Source of the DNA: an uncultured Clostridia bacterium | GTDB taxonomy: Bacteria > Bacillota > Clostridia > Christensenellales > UBA1242 | Assembly (NCBI GenBank): GCA_944377365.1 | Contig: CALWEQ010000009.1 | Span: 15,137-79,136, forward strand | Direction of reading: 5' to 3' | DNA: 64,000 nucleotides | In this document: positions 9,205 to 18,329 of the stretch, one piece after another | Numbering within the stretch: the first letter of the stretch is position 1 | Layout of the letters: every line of letters begins with the position of its first letter | The notes under the pieces: model-generated | Told to the model about the DNA's origin: nothing | Seen by the model: the letters and a program-made list of their open reading frames with translations, nothing else | The model's database searches: none | Made by a program: the position numbers and the translations under genes

Positions 9205-9780
9205 CTATTTCAAATATTTGTCTAAATTTAATTCGTTATACAAATTTTCAAGCAAATAAGTATATTTTTGAGGACGCCACCCAAGCCTAATTCTTTTTTC
9301 TATATCATATGCAGAATTTATTGCATTTAATTTGTTTTTTTCATTATCAATCACACTGTTTTTCACATCAACAAGTTTTGGATTTTCATGTGTAAAATCT
9401 ACCACATAAAAAGGAACTTCTGTCAACTTAACATTTTTACCTTTTGACATAAGCATAGCTAGTGACCAGTGAGTGTTATCAACAAAATACTTATTGTTTG
9501 AAGTCTTGACAATTCTTATAGGTCTTATTGTTTGAGATCTACTCATTTCAATAATTCTATTTATTTCAAAATTTAAACGCATTTCTTCTTGCATTTTACG
9601 GTGCGAACCGAAAATTGCCCATTCATAACCAACTTTTTTTGCAAGCTCAAGCCATATTTTATTTTTGGGAGAATCGTTTGCTATATGTTTACACTCCAAA
9701 TCTTTAAGATATAATTTGCAAATTTCTGGATTTAATAATACATATTCCTCAAATTGTAGAAATTCAAAATTTGTATTCAT
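9205..9780 (-). CDS. hypothetical protein (weak ParB/Srx-like resemblance)
   Basis: 191-aa ORF isolated by AT-rich spacers. IRPIRIVKTSNNKYFVDNTHWSLAML loosely resembles the PI-V...Y-x-DG-HR-x-A core of ParB-like nuclease domains. Confidence 0.4.
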   Translation of the reverse strand: MNTNFEFLQFEEYVLLNPEICKLYLKDLECKHIANDSPKNKIWLELAKKVGYEWAIFGSHRKMQEEMRLNFEINRIIEMSRSQTIRPIRIVKTSNNKYFVDNTHWSLAMLMSKGKNVKLTEVPFYVVDFTHENPKLVDVKNSVIDNEKNKLNAINSAYDIEKRIRLGWRPQKYTYLLENLYNELNLDKYLK

Positions 9781-10064
9781 AAATTTCCTTTATCATTTTA
9801 TTATTTATTTTTACGTTTTTCGCACTATATAATTTTATATAACCCAACAAAATCACAGAAGTTTTCACACGTTATCTAATTTTTACAATTATAACATTTT
9901 TATATTATATAAAAGCAAATAAATAATGTCATTTACTTAAAGTTAAACTGCAACGGAAAGCAAACTTTTTGCTTAATAGATATTAAGTTTTAATATATTT
10001 TTTAATGTTTAAATAATTAAAAATTATGATTAAATCCGAAATTGTTAAATTCTGATTATAGCAA

Positions 10065-10688
10065 CTAGACTTCCAATTCTTTACAAAATTCATCCATCAT
10101 TTTGTTATGCTCTTTTATTGTTAATTTCTTCCCTAAATCTAAATCTCTAAAATAAGGAATGTAAACGTTATGCCCACAAATTGAATATGTCAGGATTATT
10201 TTGTTTACTTCATATTTTTCTTGAATGCGCCTACTTGTAGGATCAACTAAAATCCACCTGCCATTAAAGTAACATTCGCAAAAACTGTGTCCGGAATAGA
10301 ACAACGTGTTTCCTTTGTTCTTCAACTCTTGAAACCAACTATATTCTGCAGTATGTAAATAAGTGGTAGGAATTCCCAATGTTCTAGCAAATGTAGCAAA
10401 CAAAAGTGCATAATCCGTGCATCCACTCGTCTGTTTACTTTCCCATATCTCCTTTGCTGTGCGCATAAATTTTTGTTTTTGTATTTTTTCATCTTTTGAA
10501 TAAGTTACGTTTGCATTGATCCACAAAAACAAACTCTCCAAATAATAGTCAGAGTTTTCATCTTTTTGTTTGTGTTTTAAATCTATTAAAATCTTTTCAT
10601 GCAAAAACTCTTTTGTCAAAAAAGGCTGAGTGAGAACTCCAAAATTTTTGTATTTTTCTACATCTTCTAAGTTATTTAAAACCTCCAT
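10065..10688 (-). CDS. transglutaminase-like cysteine protease-fold protein
   Basis: SGCTDYALLFATFARTLGIPTTY...GHSFCECYFNGRWILVDPT shows Cys/His/Asp triad spacing typical of transglutaminase-core domains. Confidence 0.7.
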   Translation of the reverse strand: MEVLNNLEDVEKYKNFGVLTQPFLTKEFLHEKILIDLKHKQKDENSDYYLESLFLWINANVTYSKDEKIQKQKFMRTAKEIWESKQTSGCTDYALLFATFARTLGIPTTYLHTAEYSWFQELKNKGNTLFYSGHSFCECYFNGRWILVDPTSRRIQEKYEVNKIILTYSICGHNVYIPYFRDLDLGKKLTIKEHNKMMDEFCKELEV

Positions 10689-10799
10689 ATTATCCTCTTC
10701 GTAAATATTTTAACATAAAAAAAATATAGACCAAAATGTTCTCAATAAAACTATACAATAAAATTTTTCTATTGTGTAATGTTAAAATAAGATATTGTT

Positions 10800-10916
10800 G
10801 CAAACCTGTCAAGCGACCACGCACGCCTCTTGGTTCGGTCGTAGCCACAAAACGTGGGTTCGGTCAAATGACAATTTGACAGGAGCCGACAGGCTCCAAT
10901 CACACCGCGACGACTT
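10800..10916. ncRNA. unclassified GC-rich structured element abutting the 3' end of tRNA-Ser
   Basis: By my hand count, about 55% GC over 116 nt versus about 18% in the adjacent 60 nt. Two hairpins share the same tetraloop (GGAGCC-GACA-GGCTCC at 10882-10897 and GTCAAAT-GACA-ATTTGAC at 10863-10880). There is also CCAC-AAAAC-GTGG at 10845-10857, GGTTCGGTC at 10832-10840 and 10857-10865, and an 8-bp outer pairing of CCTGTCAA 10805-10812 with TTGACAGG 10876-10883. Identity and strand are unknown. Confidence 0.35.
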
Positions 10917-11009
10917 TGGCGGAGACGGTGGGATTCGAACCCACGTGCCGGGGTAAACCGACAACTTGATTTCGAGTCAAGCTCGTTGCGACCACTTCGA
11001 TACGTCTCC
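10917..11009 (-). tRNA. tRNA-Ser (anticodon CGA), CCA encoded
   Basis: Minus strand GGAGACG...CTTGA-CTCGAAA-TCAAG...long variable arm...GTGGG-TTCGAAT-CCCAC-CGTCTCC-G-CCA. It has a 7-bp acceptor stem, a canonical T arm and a class II variable arm. Confidence 0.95.
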
Positions 11010-11109
11010 AAACAAACGATTTAATTTTATCATAACCACCAACTTTGCGCAAGTGTTTTAAAATAGTATTTGATGTAAAACAAAATATTAATAAAAAAAC
11101 GCATTACTA

Positions 11110-14100
11110 TCAATGCGTTTTTTCGTTTTCTTTAAATTTTTTCCTGCTTGCCTCAATTTGTTTAGTAAGATTTGCAATAACTTTGTTTTTATTAAGCCAC
11201 CAATCTCTGCTCCAAACCCTCACAATTTTCCATCCCCTTGATTGTAAAAATTTGTTTCGATAAACATCTCGTTCCAAAACTGAATCACTGCTTTGATATG
11301 CAGCATAATCACACTCAATGCCAATCAAATATCTATCTAATTTTTTGTCATATACTGCGAGAGAAAGCTTATAATTTGTGTTGCCAATATTGGCTTCAAC
11401 ATCATAACCCAATTTTTCAAGTTCAGATTTTATTTCATTTTCGAATTGATTTAGTTTAATCTCGGTTTTATTTTCAAGAGTTGGCTTAAACGAATCTAAA
11501 ATAAATGCGATTTCTTTTTTCTTTCCAGCAGAAACAGCTCTGACATACTGCAAGTACTTTTTAAAGATCTTTGGCCCTGCATTTTTTGTTCCTTCAACTT
11601 GCAACTCTTCTGGTTCTATGCTTGTTATAACATAGATCTTTTCTTTTGCTCTAGTAATTGCAACATTCAATCGGTTTTCTCCACCTTCAACCGAAAGAGG
11701 ACCAAAATGCGCAACCACCCTGCCGAATTCATTTCTTGCATAACCTGTGCTAAAAATGATTATATCTCGCTCATCACCCTGAACATTTTCAAGATTTTTA
11801 ACAAAAATACTCTCATCCTCACCCTTTTGAGTTCGATTTTGTTCTCTAATGTATGCATCACGAAAAGCCGAATCCCTTTGGCATTCTTTGTCTATCGCAT
11901 CTTCTATGGCACTTTCCTGTTCTGTGTTGAAAGTAATAATGCCGATAGAAAGCTTATTCCTCTTGTTTTTAATCAATTTTTTTAGAAGAGAAACAACGGC
12001 GTTTGCTTCTTCTTGATTTTTTCTTGCAATCCACGACCCGTTCACCTTTATTCTTTCTATAGGTTTTTTGCCAATGTTTTTTGTTGTGTTAGGAGCGATT
12101 TGAAGTTTGCCATCATAAAACGCATAGTTGGAAAAATTTATTAATTCTTCATTTCGGCTTCTATAGTGGTAAGTTAAATTCGTGCTATGATAACGCGACG
12201 TTGCCAAATCTAACAAACTTTCCACTTCAAGCGCAGCTTGGGTTGAATAATCAAGTTCATCATCAGAGTCATTGCCCATGTATCTCTTCATAAAAGTAGA
12301 AGTCGGCCTTAATTGTTTGTTGTCACCCGCAACGACAATAAATTTACCACGATAAATTGACGGCAATGTGTTTTCAATAAACACTTGTGACGCTTCATCA
12401 AAAAGCACTATATCAAACAAATTCTTTTCTAACGGGAAAATGTTGGACACGCTTTCTGGTGACAGCAACCAGCAAGGAAAAAGTTTTAACAAAAAGTCGC
12501 CATATGTATCCATCATTTTACGAATAGGCATTAATGACTGTTGTTTTGTTATTTGGTAAAGATAATTTTTGTTTTCTGGATTAGAATAGTAATAATTTTG
12601 ATAATCGTCTTTAAACTTATTCAAACAAATCATTGTCGCGATTGACTTGCCTTCATTTTTTAAAGACAATATGCGATTGCGAATATTTTCAAAATCTATT
12701 ATTTTTGAAAGGTCTTCCTTATACTTTTCTTCATAAATTAGTGCCTCATGGTAAGTCCTAATCTCCAACAATTTTTCGACGATTTCTTTAAAGTTTTTTA
12801 AACTTTTACAGCATTTATATGAAAAATCTAGAATTAGATTTTCATTTGGTGTTGACGATTTTAAAGCGACAACAACATCACGTATTTCAATATAATCATT
12901 CAACGCATTTAACAACAAACGCAAAAAAGCATGATTGCCATTTAAAATGTTGTCGACTGTAAGCACATAACCCTTCCTGTCCAAAACTTTTTCGAGAAGT
13001 TTGTAGTTTCCCACATAATTTTTTATGTCTTTCATAGCATTTGAAAAATTGCTTTCAAGTTCTTTTTCAACTTTGTTTACCTTGGCTTTAAAAATTGGAT
13101 ATAGTGGAAAAACGATCTTTGATATATTTAAATTTCTGTGTAATTTTGGATAACACACCTTGCTTATCATTTGTACGAGAGGTTTAATGTCGGTATTGTC
13201 TGGGAGATTGTTTTCTAAAAGATATGCCATAAGTTGCCTTGAATGAGGATATTTTGTGCTGTCAAATGGAACTATGCTTTTGTTCAATAAACTGGTAATA
13301 AAGGTTTTAATTTGGTTTACTACATGAATTTCAAGATTGCTTTTGATGTGATCAACAAGCGGATTTGCTTTTTTCATATACATATATTTGTAGTATAATT
13401 CGCACTTGTTTTTTTCAACAATTACTCGCGTCGCTTGATAAAAATCATTGAAATTTAATTTCATTAAATCTTTGTTTTTTATTAACTTTTTATAAAGCTC
13501 ATAATCAGCACTGTTTTTTCCTATTTTTGCAGAATTGGAATACATTTGTTGCAAATTAAGCCCAAACGACGTTTTTGTAAACAAAACATCGCTTATCTTT
13601 TCCAGCTCGTCTATTTCTTTATCTATGTTTTTCTGTATCCCTTCAAAATTCTCTTGATAGTCCTCCTGCGTTTTGTAACCATCAAATATTTCTTGGTGCA
13701 TCTGCTTACAACGTTCATAAAAAGCAACTTTGTTTTTTTCAGCATCAACAATAAACATACATTTTGAATTTAATTCTCTTAAACGATTGTAAACAACATC
13801 TAGCGCTGCCTTTTTTTGCGAGACAACAAGCACTTTTTTATCTTTACAAAGAGCGTCAGAAATAATATTTACAATTGTTTGACTTTTACCTGTTCCAGGA
13901 GGACCATAAATGACCATGTTGCCATATTTATTTAATTTTGTTATGGCACTCTCTTGCGCATAATCTAAATCATTTATTGTATATAATTGTGTGTTTGGCT
14001 TTTTTATTTTTTTACTAGGTCTGCTCTCTAAAAGCTCATCTATTGCATCACTTGAAAGTTTACGTTTGTCAAGCAATGTGTAGTCATTGTAAATAGAATT

Positions 14101-14928
14101 TGCAAGAGGAAATCTTCCAACAACACAAGCAGGAACAACTTTCAAGCCATCACCTTTTGAGGCATCTTTTATGTTGTCAAAATTTAGCAATCCCCTATCA
14201 TTTTGTTGGTATTTTATTTTTATATCAAACTCTGCCAAGTATTTGATTACATCATCAATACTTTTGAGCCGATAGTCCATCAAGCTATCAAATTCCATCA
14301 TTAAACCATCAATGTTAAGTTTTCTTGCTTTTGCATAAGCGAGAAGCAAAACTTTGTTGAATTGAACAGATTCATCTGCTTTCGCTTCTAACGAAACAGT
14401 TGAGTCATTTTCGACATTAATGGTAACAGGAAATAAGATCAAAGGTGCTTTTATAATCAAATCACTCCCAATATACCCTGTAACAAAAGGATAGCCAACA
14501 AACATTTCATATCTACCTGTCTCTTTGGCGAATTCTTCTATTTCTCTTTTTAAAGTTTTAAGTGCAGAAACCTGACCTAGCAAAAGTTTTTTTGATTCTT
14601 CCCTTTTTTGACGTTCGCGTTTAAGGTTGTCAAGACGTTTTTCTTCTACAGACATTCCTGTTTGGTCTGCAAATGTCGCATTTAATTTTTTCTCAGCACC
14701 AAAATTAACAAAAAGCTTGTCTTTCATATTTTTGTCGATGAGAGTGAAAGCGCGACGACGCCCCTTCCACATAAAATCAATCAATTCCTGCAACTGATCC
14801 TTGTCATTTGCAATTATAGATCCTATGTCAAACGAAAACTTTTTACTAATTTTCTTTGAATAAAGGCTACGGTTCCTTCCGCTGATTTCAATAAGTCTTT
14901 CTTTGTAATATTTGTAAATAGTCCTCAT
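11110..14928 (-). CDS. DUF4011-type superfamily-1 (Upf1/DNA2-like) helicase fused to a Vsr/DUF559-like endonuclease domain
   Basis: Helicase motifs: VIYGPPGTGKSQT (Walker A), IVLFDEASQV (Walker B), VVAGDNKQLRPT, YHYRSRNEELINFSN, VQGDERDIIIFS, RLNVAITRAKEKIYV. The C-terminus LIGIECDYAAYQSS...ERDVYRNKFLQSRGWKIVRVWSRDWW matches the DUF559/Vsr-like nuclease core. The N-terminus YKERLIEISGRNRSLY is DUF4011-like. Start taken at ATG 14928 after ggag; the track starts at GTG 14934. Confidence 0.85.
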   Translation of the reverse strand: MRTIYKYYKERLIEISGRNRSLYSKKISKKFSFDIGSIIANDKDQLQELIDFMWKGRRRAFTLIDKNMKDKLFVNFGAEKKLNATFADQTGMSVEEKRLDNLKRERQKREESKKLLLGQVSALKTLKREIEEFAKETGRYEMFVGYPFVTGYIGSDLIIKAPLILFPVTINVENDSTVSLEAKADESVQFNKVLLLAYAKARKLNIDGLMMEFDSLMDYRLKSIDDVIKYLAEFDIKIKYQQNDRGLLNFDNIKDASKGDGLKVVPACVVGRFPLANSIYNDYTLLDKRKLSSDAIDELLESRPSKKIKKPNTQLYTINDLDYAQESAITKLNKYGNMVIYGPPGTGKSQTIVNIISDALCKDKKVLVVSQKKAALDVVYNRLRELNSKCMFIVDAEKNKVAFYERCKQMHQEIFDGYKTQEDYQENFEGIQKNIDKEIDELEKISDVLFTKTSFGLNLQQMYSNSAKIGKNSADYELYKKLIKNKDLMKLNFNDFYQATRVIVEKNKCELYYKYMYMKKANPLVDHIKSNLEIHVVNQIKTFITSLLNKSIVPFDSTKYPHSRQLMAYLLENNLPDNTDIKPLVQMISKVCYPKLHRNLNISKIVFPLYPIFKAKVNKVEKELESNFSNAMKDIKNYVGNYKLLEKVLDRKGYVLTVDNILNGNHAFLRLLLNALNDYIEIRDVVVALKSSTPNENLILDFSYKCCKSLKNFKEIVEKLLEIRTYHEALIYEEKYKEDLSKIIDFENIRNRILSLKNEGKSIATMICLNKFKDDYQNYYYSNPENKNYLYQITKQQSLMPIRKMMDTYGDFLLKLFPCWLLSPESVSNIFPLEKNLFDIVLFDEASQVFIENTLPSIYRGKFIVVAGDNKQLRPTSTFMKRYMGNDSDDELDYSTQAALEVESLLDLATSRYHSTNLTYHYRSRNEELINFSNYAFYDGKLQIAPNTTKNIGKKPIERIKVNGSWIARKNQEEANAVVSLLKKLIKNKRNKLSIGIITFNTEQESAIEDAIDKECQRDSAFRDAYIREQNRTQKGEDESIFVKNLENVQGDERDIIIFSTGYARNEFGRVVAHFGPLSVEGGENRLNVAITRAKEKIYVITSIEPEELQVEGTKNAGPKIFKKYLQYVRAVSAGKKKEIAFILDSFKPTLENKTEIKLNQFENEIKSELEKLGYDVEANIGNTNYKLSLAVYDKKLDRYLIGIECDYAAYQSSDSVLERDVYRNKFLQSRGWKIVRVWSRDWWLNKNKVIANLTKQIEASRKKFKENEKTH

Positions 14929-15033
14929 ATGCACTCCAAAAGTTTTAATAAAATTTTACCGCTGGTAGTTATAAATAATATTATAGCATATAAAGACACA
15001 AATAAAAAATATTTATTTACAAATGTTATTACA

Positions 15034-15060
15034 TTAAAAAAAAGCACCTTTCAAGGTGCT
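15034..15060 (-). terminator. intrinsic terminator after the 15066-15566 gene
   Basis: Minus strand AGCACCttgaaaGGTGCT followed by a T8 run, 6 nt downstream of the stop. Confidence 0.75.
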
Positions 15061-15065
15061 ATCTT

Positions 15066-15566
15066 TTATTCGTCGCTTTCTTTTGTTTCGTCATCTGAAT
15101 TGTTCTTTTGTTCATTTGATTCGACACTATTTTGACTTTTCTCTTTTTTTATTCCAATGATTTTGTCAGCCAAACAACCAAGCCATGGTGCGTCTTTTTT
15201 TAAACAGAAAAAGACGAGGACCACTATTTCTAAAACATACACCAGTATAGCAAGTATCATTTGAATAATTACGTAAGCTTGTTGAGCTTGATAGTAAGAT
15301 GATGCAGTAGTAAAAACAAAAAAGAAAATAAAATCTAAAAATAATTTTAAAACGCCTATTGCAACGATGATAAGAAACGGTTGAAGTGTTTTTGATGCTA
15401 GTTTTTTATCCTTTACAACAAAGTATGCGATAAGAATAGGAATTAAACCAAGTAGAATTCCAAACACCACGCCTACTACCGAAATAGTACTCATCGGCAA
15501 AGCAAAAACCATCGCTGCAACAAATGATAAAATGATTAAAAATACACTTAAAGCTTTATTTTTCAT
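15066..15566 (-). CDS. hypothetical 4-TM membrane protein with acidic tail
   Basis: 166-aa ORF with four clear hydrophobic helices and a C-terminal NSDDETKESDE tail. Confidence 0.6.
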   Translation of the reverse strand: MKNKALSVFLIILSFVAAMVFALPMSTISVVGVVFGILLGLIPILIAYFVVKDKKLASKTLQPFLIIVAIGVLKLFLDFIFFFVFTTASSYYQAQQAYVIIQMILAILVYVLEIVVLVFFCLKKDAPWLGCLADKIIGIKKEKSQNSVESNEQKNNSDDETKESDE

Positions 15567-15784
15567 ATTTTTTCTCCTTTATTTATTATATCATAATCTT
15601 ATATTTTTTGCAACACTTTGTATGCTTTAATTAATAAATTTTAAATTAAAAAGATTTGTTTTTTTGTAGTGCTATTATAAAGCGAAGAATTTTATAAACG
15701 GTAATTTTTAAGAATTAATAAAAAATAACAAAAATTTTAATATTTTTTAAAAAATTATTGAAAAAAATCATATTTTTAATAAAA

Positions 15785-17200
15785 TTATCCCAAAATATCG
15801 CTTCTGTCTTGATATTTTGTATGTAACAACGGACTACCAAAATTTTTTAAAAAATGTTTGTAAACAAAATTGACGTTTGGGTTTTTATATGAAAATCTCA
15901 CTTGGCTGTTTTTGTCCAATTCATACAGAGCATCGCTTCGTTTTTGTCTTACTTGCTCATGAGAAAACTTCACGTTTATAGGTTGACCTCCTCCCGCCAT
16001 ACAACCACCAAGGCAAGCCATAACTTCAACAATGTCATACTTTTTGCCTTTTTTCATCTCATCAAACATTTTTCTTGCATTTATTGTTCCCGACACCGAA
16101 GCGATAGAAAGTTTTCTACCAGCAAAATCGATTTCTGCCTCAACAAAACCATCAAGATTTCGAACGATTTTAAACTCAACATTTTGCAAATCTTTGCCTG
16201 TTTTTAAAAAGTATGCAGTGCGAAGAAGAGCCTCAGTTACTCCACCGGAAGAGCCAAAGATTATGCCCGCTCCACTTCCTGTCGACATAAAATTGTCATA
16301 ACTAGATTTTTTAATTTTAAAATAATCTATATTTTTAGACTTCACCCACTCTGCAAGTTCTCTAACAGGGATGACAAAATCAACATCATTAAATTTTTTA
16401 ATTTCATCTTTTTTTGCTGTGCATGGAGTGATCGCAACACTAACAATGTCTTGCGGGTTTTTGTTTATAATTTTTGTAAAATAATTTTTAATTAAACTTC
16501 CTTGTATGGAAATTGGACTTTTAGTTGAAGATATATGATTTATTTGTTCAGGATAAAATATTTCAACAAATTTTACCCAGGCAGGACAACAACTCGTCAT
16601 AATAGGAAGGTTTTTCCCTGTCTTTAACCTCTCTAAAAATTCATGTGCTTCTTCCATAACGGTCATATCAGCCCCAAAAGTTGTGTCGAAAACATAATCG
16701 GCACCTAATTCACGAAGCAATCCAACAAGTTGTTCGGTGCAAATCTCCCCAGCCTCACCTCCAAATTCTTCCGCCAAAGAAACGCGAACAGACGGTGATG
16801 TTTGAAAAATAACAGTTTTTTTTCTTGAATTTATAATTTCTTCTAGTTTTTTATAGTCTTTTTTTATATCCAAAGCTTTTTTAGGGCAGTTCAGTGTGCA
16901 TTGACCACAATCAATGCAAATGGATTTGCATTTTATTTTTTGAAGGTCGTAATAACCGTAAACGCCTTGTTTAAATCTGCAAACCGATTTACAGTTGCCA
17001 CACGCCACACATTTAGAGGGGGCTCGCGAAATTGCAACATTATCGTCATCAATTTCTACATACACGGTTTCTTCTCTTGCAGTGTTTTTCACTTCTGTAA
17101 AAAACTCTGCGCCAATTCCACATGTTGGACAAACAAAACCGTCTGGTAATTTTTCCCCTTCATAAACGTAACCACAAACAGCGCAAACAAACTTTGTCAT
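15785..17200 (-). CDS. [FeFe]-hydrogenase catalytic subunit with N-terminal rubredoxin-like domain and two [4Fe-4S] motifs
   Basis: H-cluster motifs TSCCPAWV, ITPCTAKKDE and EVMACLGGCMAGGGQP. Ferredoxin motifs CVACGNCKSVC and CIDCGQCTLNCP. N-terminus FVCAVCGYVYEGE...FVCPTCG. Start at ATG 17200 after SD ggagg. Confidence 0.88.
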   Translation of the reverse strand: MTKFVCAVCGYVYEGEKLPDGFVCPTCGIGAEFFTEVKNTAREETVYVEIDDDNVAISRAPSKCVACGNCKSVCRFKQGVYGYYDLQKIKCKSICIDCGQCTLNCPKKALDIKKDYKKLEEIINSRKKTVIFQTSPSVRVSLAEEFGGEAGEICTEQLVGLLRELGADYVFDTTFGADMTVMEEAHEFLERLKTGKNLPIMTSCCPAWVKFVEIFYPEQINHISSTKSPISIQGSLIKNYFTKIINKNPQDIVSVAITPCTAKKDEIKKFNDVDFVIPVRELAEWVKSKNIDYFKIKKSSYDNFMSTGSGAGIIFGSSGGVTEALLRTAYFLKTGKDLQNVEFKIVRNLDGFVEAEIDFAGRKLSIASVSGTINARKMFDEMKKGKKYDIVEVMACLGGCMAGGGQPINVKFSHEQVRQKRSDALYELDKNSQVRFSYKNPNVNFVYKHFLKNFGSPLLHTKYQDRSDILG

Positions 17201-17249
17201 AAAAATCAATCCTCCGACACAAGTTAATAAATTATAACAAAATTTTAGT

Positions 17250-18329
17250 TTATTTGCATATTTTTTCAAAATGATTTAGAAAAAATTCTTCATTTTTTGC
17301 TACGATTGCATCATCTGGTCTAATTTTTTTTGCCATTTCATGAAAATGGAAAGATTTTTGCACATCTCCCTTTAAATATGAAACATAACAAAGTTGCAAA
17401 CAAGGCAAAAAATCGTGCATATCTCTTTCAATAAAAGCACCGTTGTCGACTATATAATTATTCTCATATGCCTGCAAATACCAATATTCAGCTTCGTTTA
17501 ATCTGTTTTTAGATAAAAAATGGTTGCCAAGTCGATAGCTAACTTCGCTGCGAGGAGAACTATACTCAAATGACTGCAACAAACTTTTTAATTCTTCTTT
17601 TTTGTTGTTTAGGGACTTGTAACATGAGCTCATATCAATGCAGGCCTGAATTTTGTTTTCAACCCAACCATCTTCTCTTTTTAAAAATTGTTTAAATTCG
17701 CCAATCGCTTTTTTGCGTTTACAATTAAACATAAGTTCACGTGCATAATAAAATTGCTCACGTGGTGAAAAATCTGCGCCACTTTTTTTCATTTTTTGAT
17801 ATATTTTCAAATTTCTTCCTGCTTTTGTCGGTTTTTCTTTTTTATGGTAGATTTTTATATCAACTTTTTGCACGTCACCTTCTAAACAGATCACCTCATG
17901 AACGGCACCAACCCAGCGAAAACCTTTTGTTCTTTTAAACAGCCTTTCACGCATATATTTATAAATCGGTGTCATATCCTTCTCATATGTTAAAACATAC
18001 TCAAACATATAAATATCTGCGCTCATGTTTGTGCTTTTTAGTTTTTTTATTTTTTCTACATCTTCGTCTAAAATATAATCATCTGCGTCGAGCCACATAA
18101 TATAATCGCATTTAGCGAAAGAAAATGAGAAATTTCTCGCCTTGCTAAAATCATCAACCCAATCAAACTTATAAACATATGGTGTAAATGATTTTGCAAT
18201 TTCTACGCTTTTGTCTTTTGACCCTGTGTCAACAACAATTATTTCATCAGCAATTTTTTTTATTTGCTTTAATATTCTTTCAAGCACAAGCTCTTCATCT
18301 TTAACAATCATGCAAACAGAAATCGTCAT
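17250..18329 (-). CDS. family-2 glycosyltransferase with C-terminal TPR-like helical domain
   Basis: ISVCMIVKDEE...IIVVDTGSKDKS...WLDADD is the GT-A/GT2 signature. The C-terminal half is helical-repeat-like (YYARELMF..., AEYWYLQAYE...). Start at ATG 18329 after SD aggaggg. Confidence 0.8.
   Translation of the reverse strand: MTISVCMIVKDEELVLERILKQIKKIADEIIVVDTGSKDKSVEIAKSFTPYVYKFDWVDDFSKARNFSFSFAKCDYIMWLDADDYILDEDVEKIKKLKSTNMSADIYMFEYVLTYEKDMTPIYKYMRERLFKRTKGFRWVGAVHEVICLEGDVQKVDIKIYHKKEKPTKAGRNLKIYQKMKKSGADFSPREQFYYARELMFNCKRKKAIGEFKQFLKREDGWVENKIQACIDMSSCYKSLNNKKEELKSLLQSFEYSSPRSEVSYRLGNHFLSKNRLNEAEYWYLQAYENNYIVDNGAFIERDMHDFLPCLQLCYVSYLKGDVQKSFHFHEMAKKIRPDDAIVAKNEEFFLNHFEKICK

Noticed and set aside
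10800-10916. The GC-rich element next to tRNA-Ser could be the small SRP (4.5S) RNA, which is often near tRNA or dnaX loci.
   Set aside because: Neither strand shows the conserved helix-8 pattern (AGG...GNRA tetraloop...AGCA(G)C) or a long end-to-end hairpin. It is kept as an unclassified structured element instead.
10769-11011. 80-aa track ORF (METYRSGRNELDSK...).
   Set aside because: It is simply the reading of tRNA-Ser plus the adjacent GC-rich element, not a gene.
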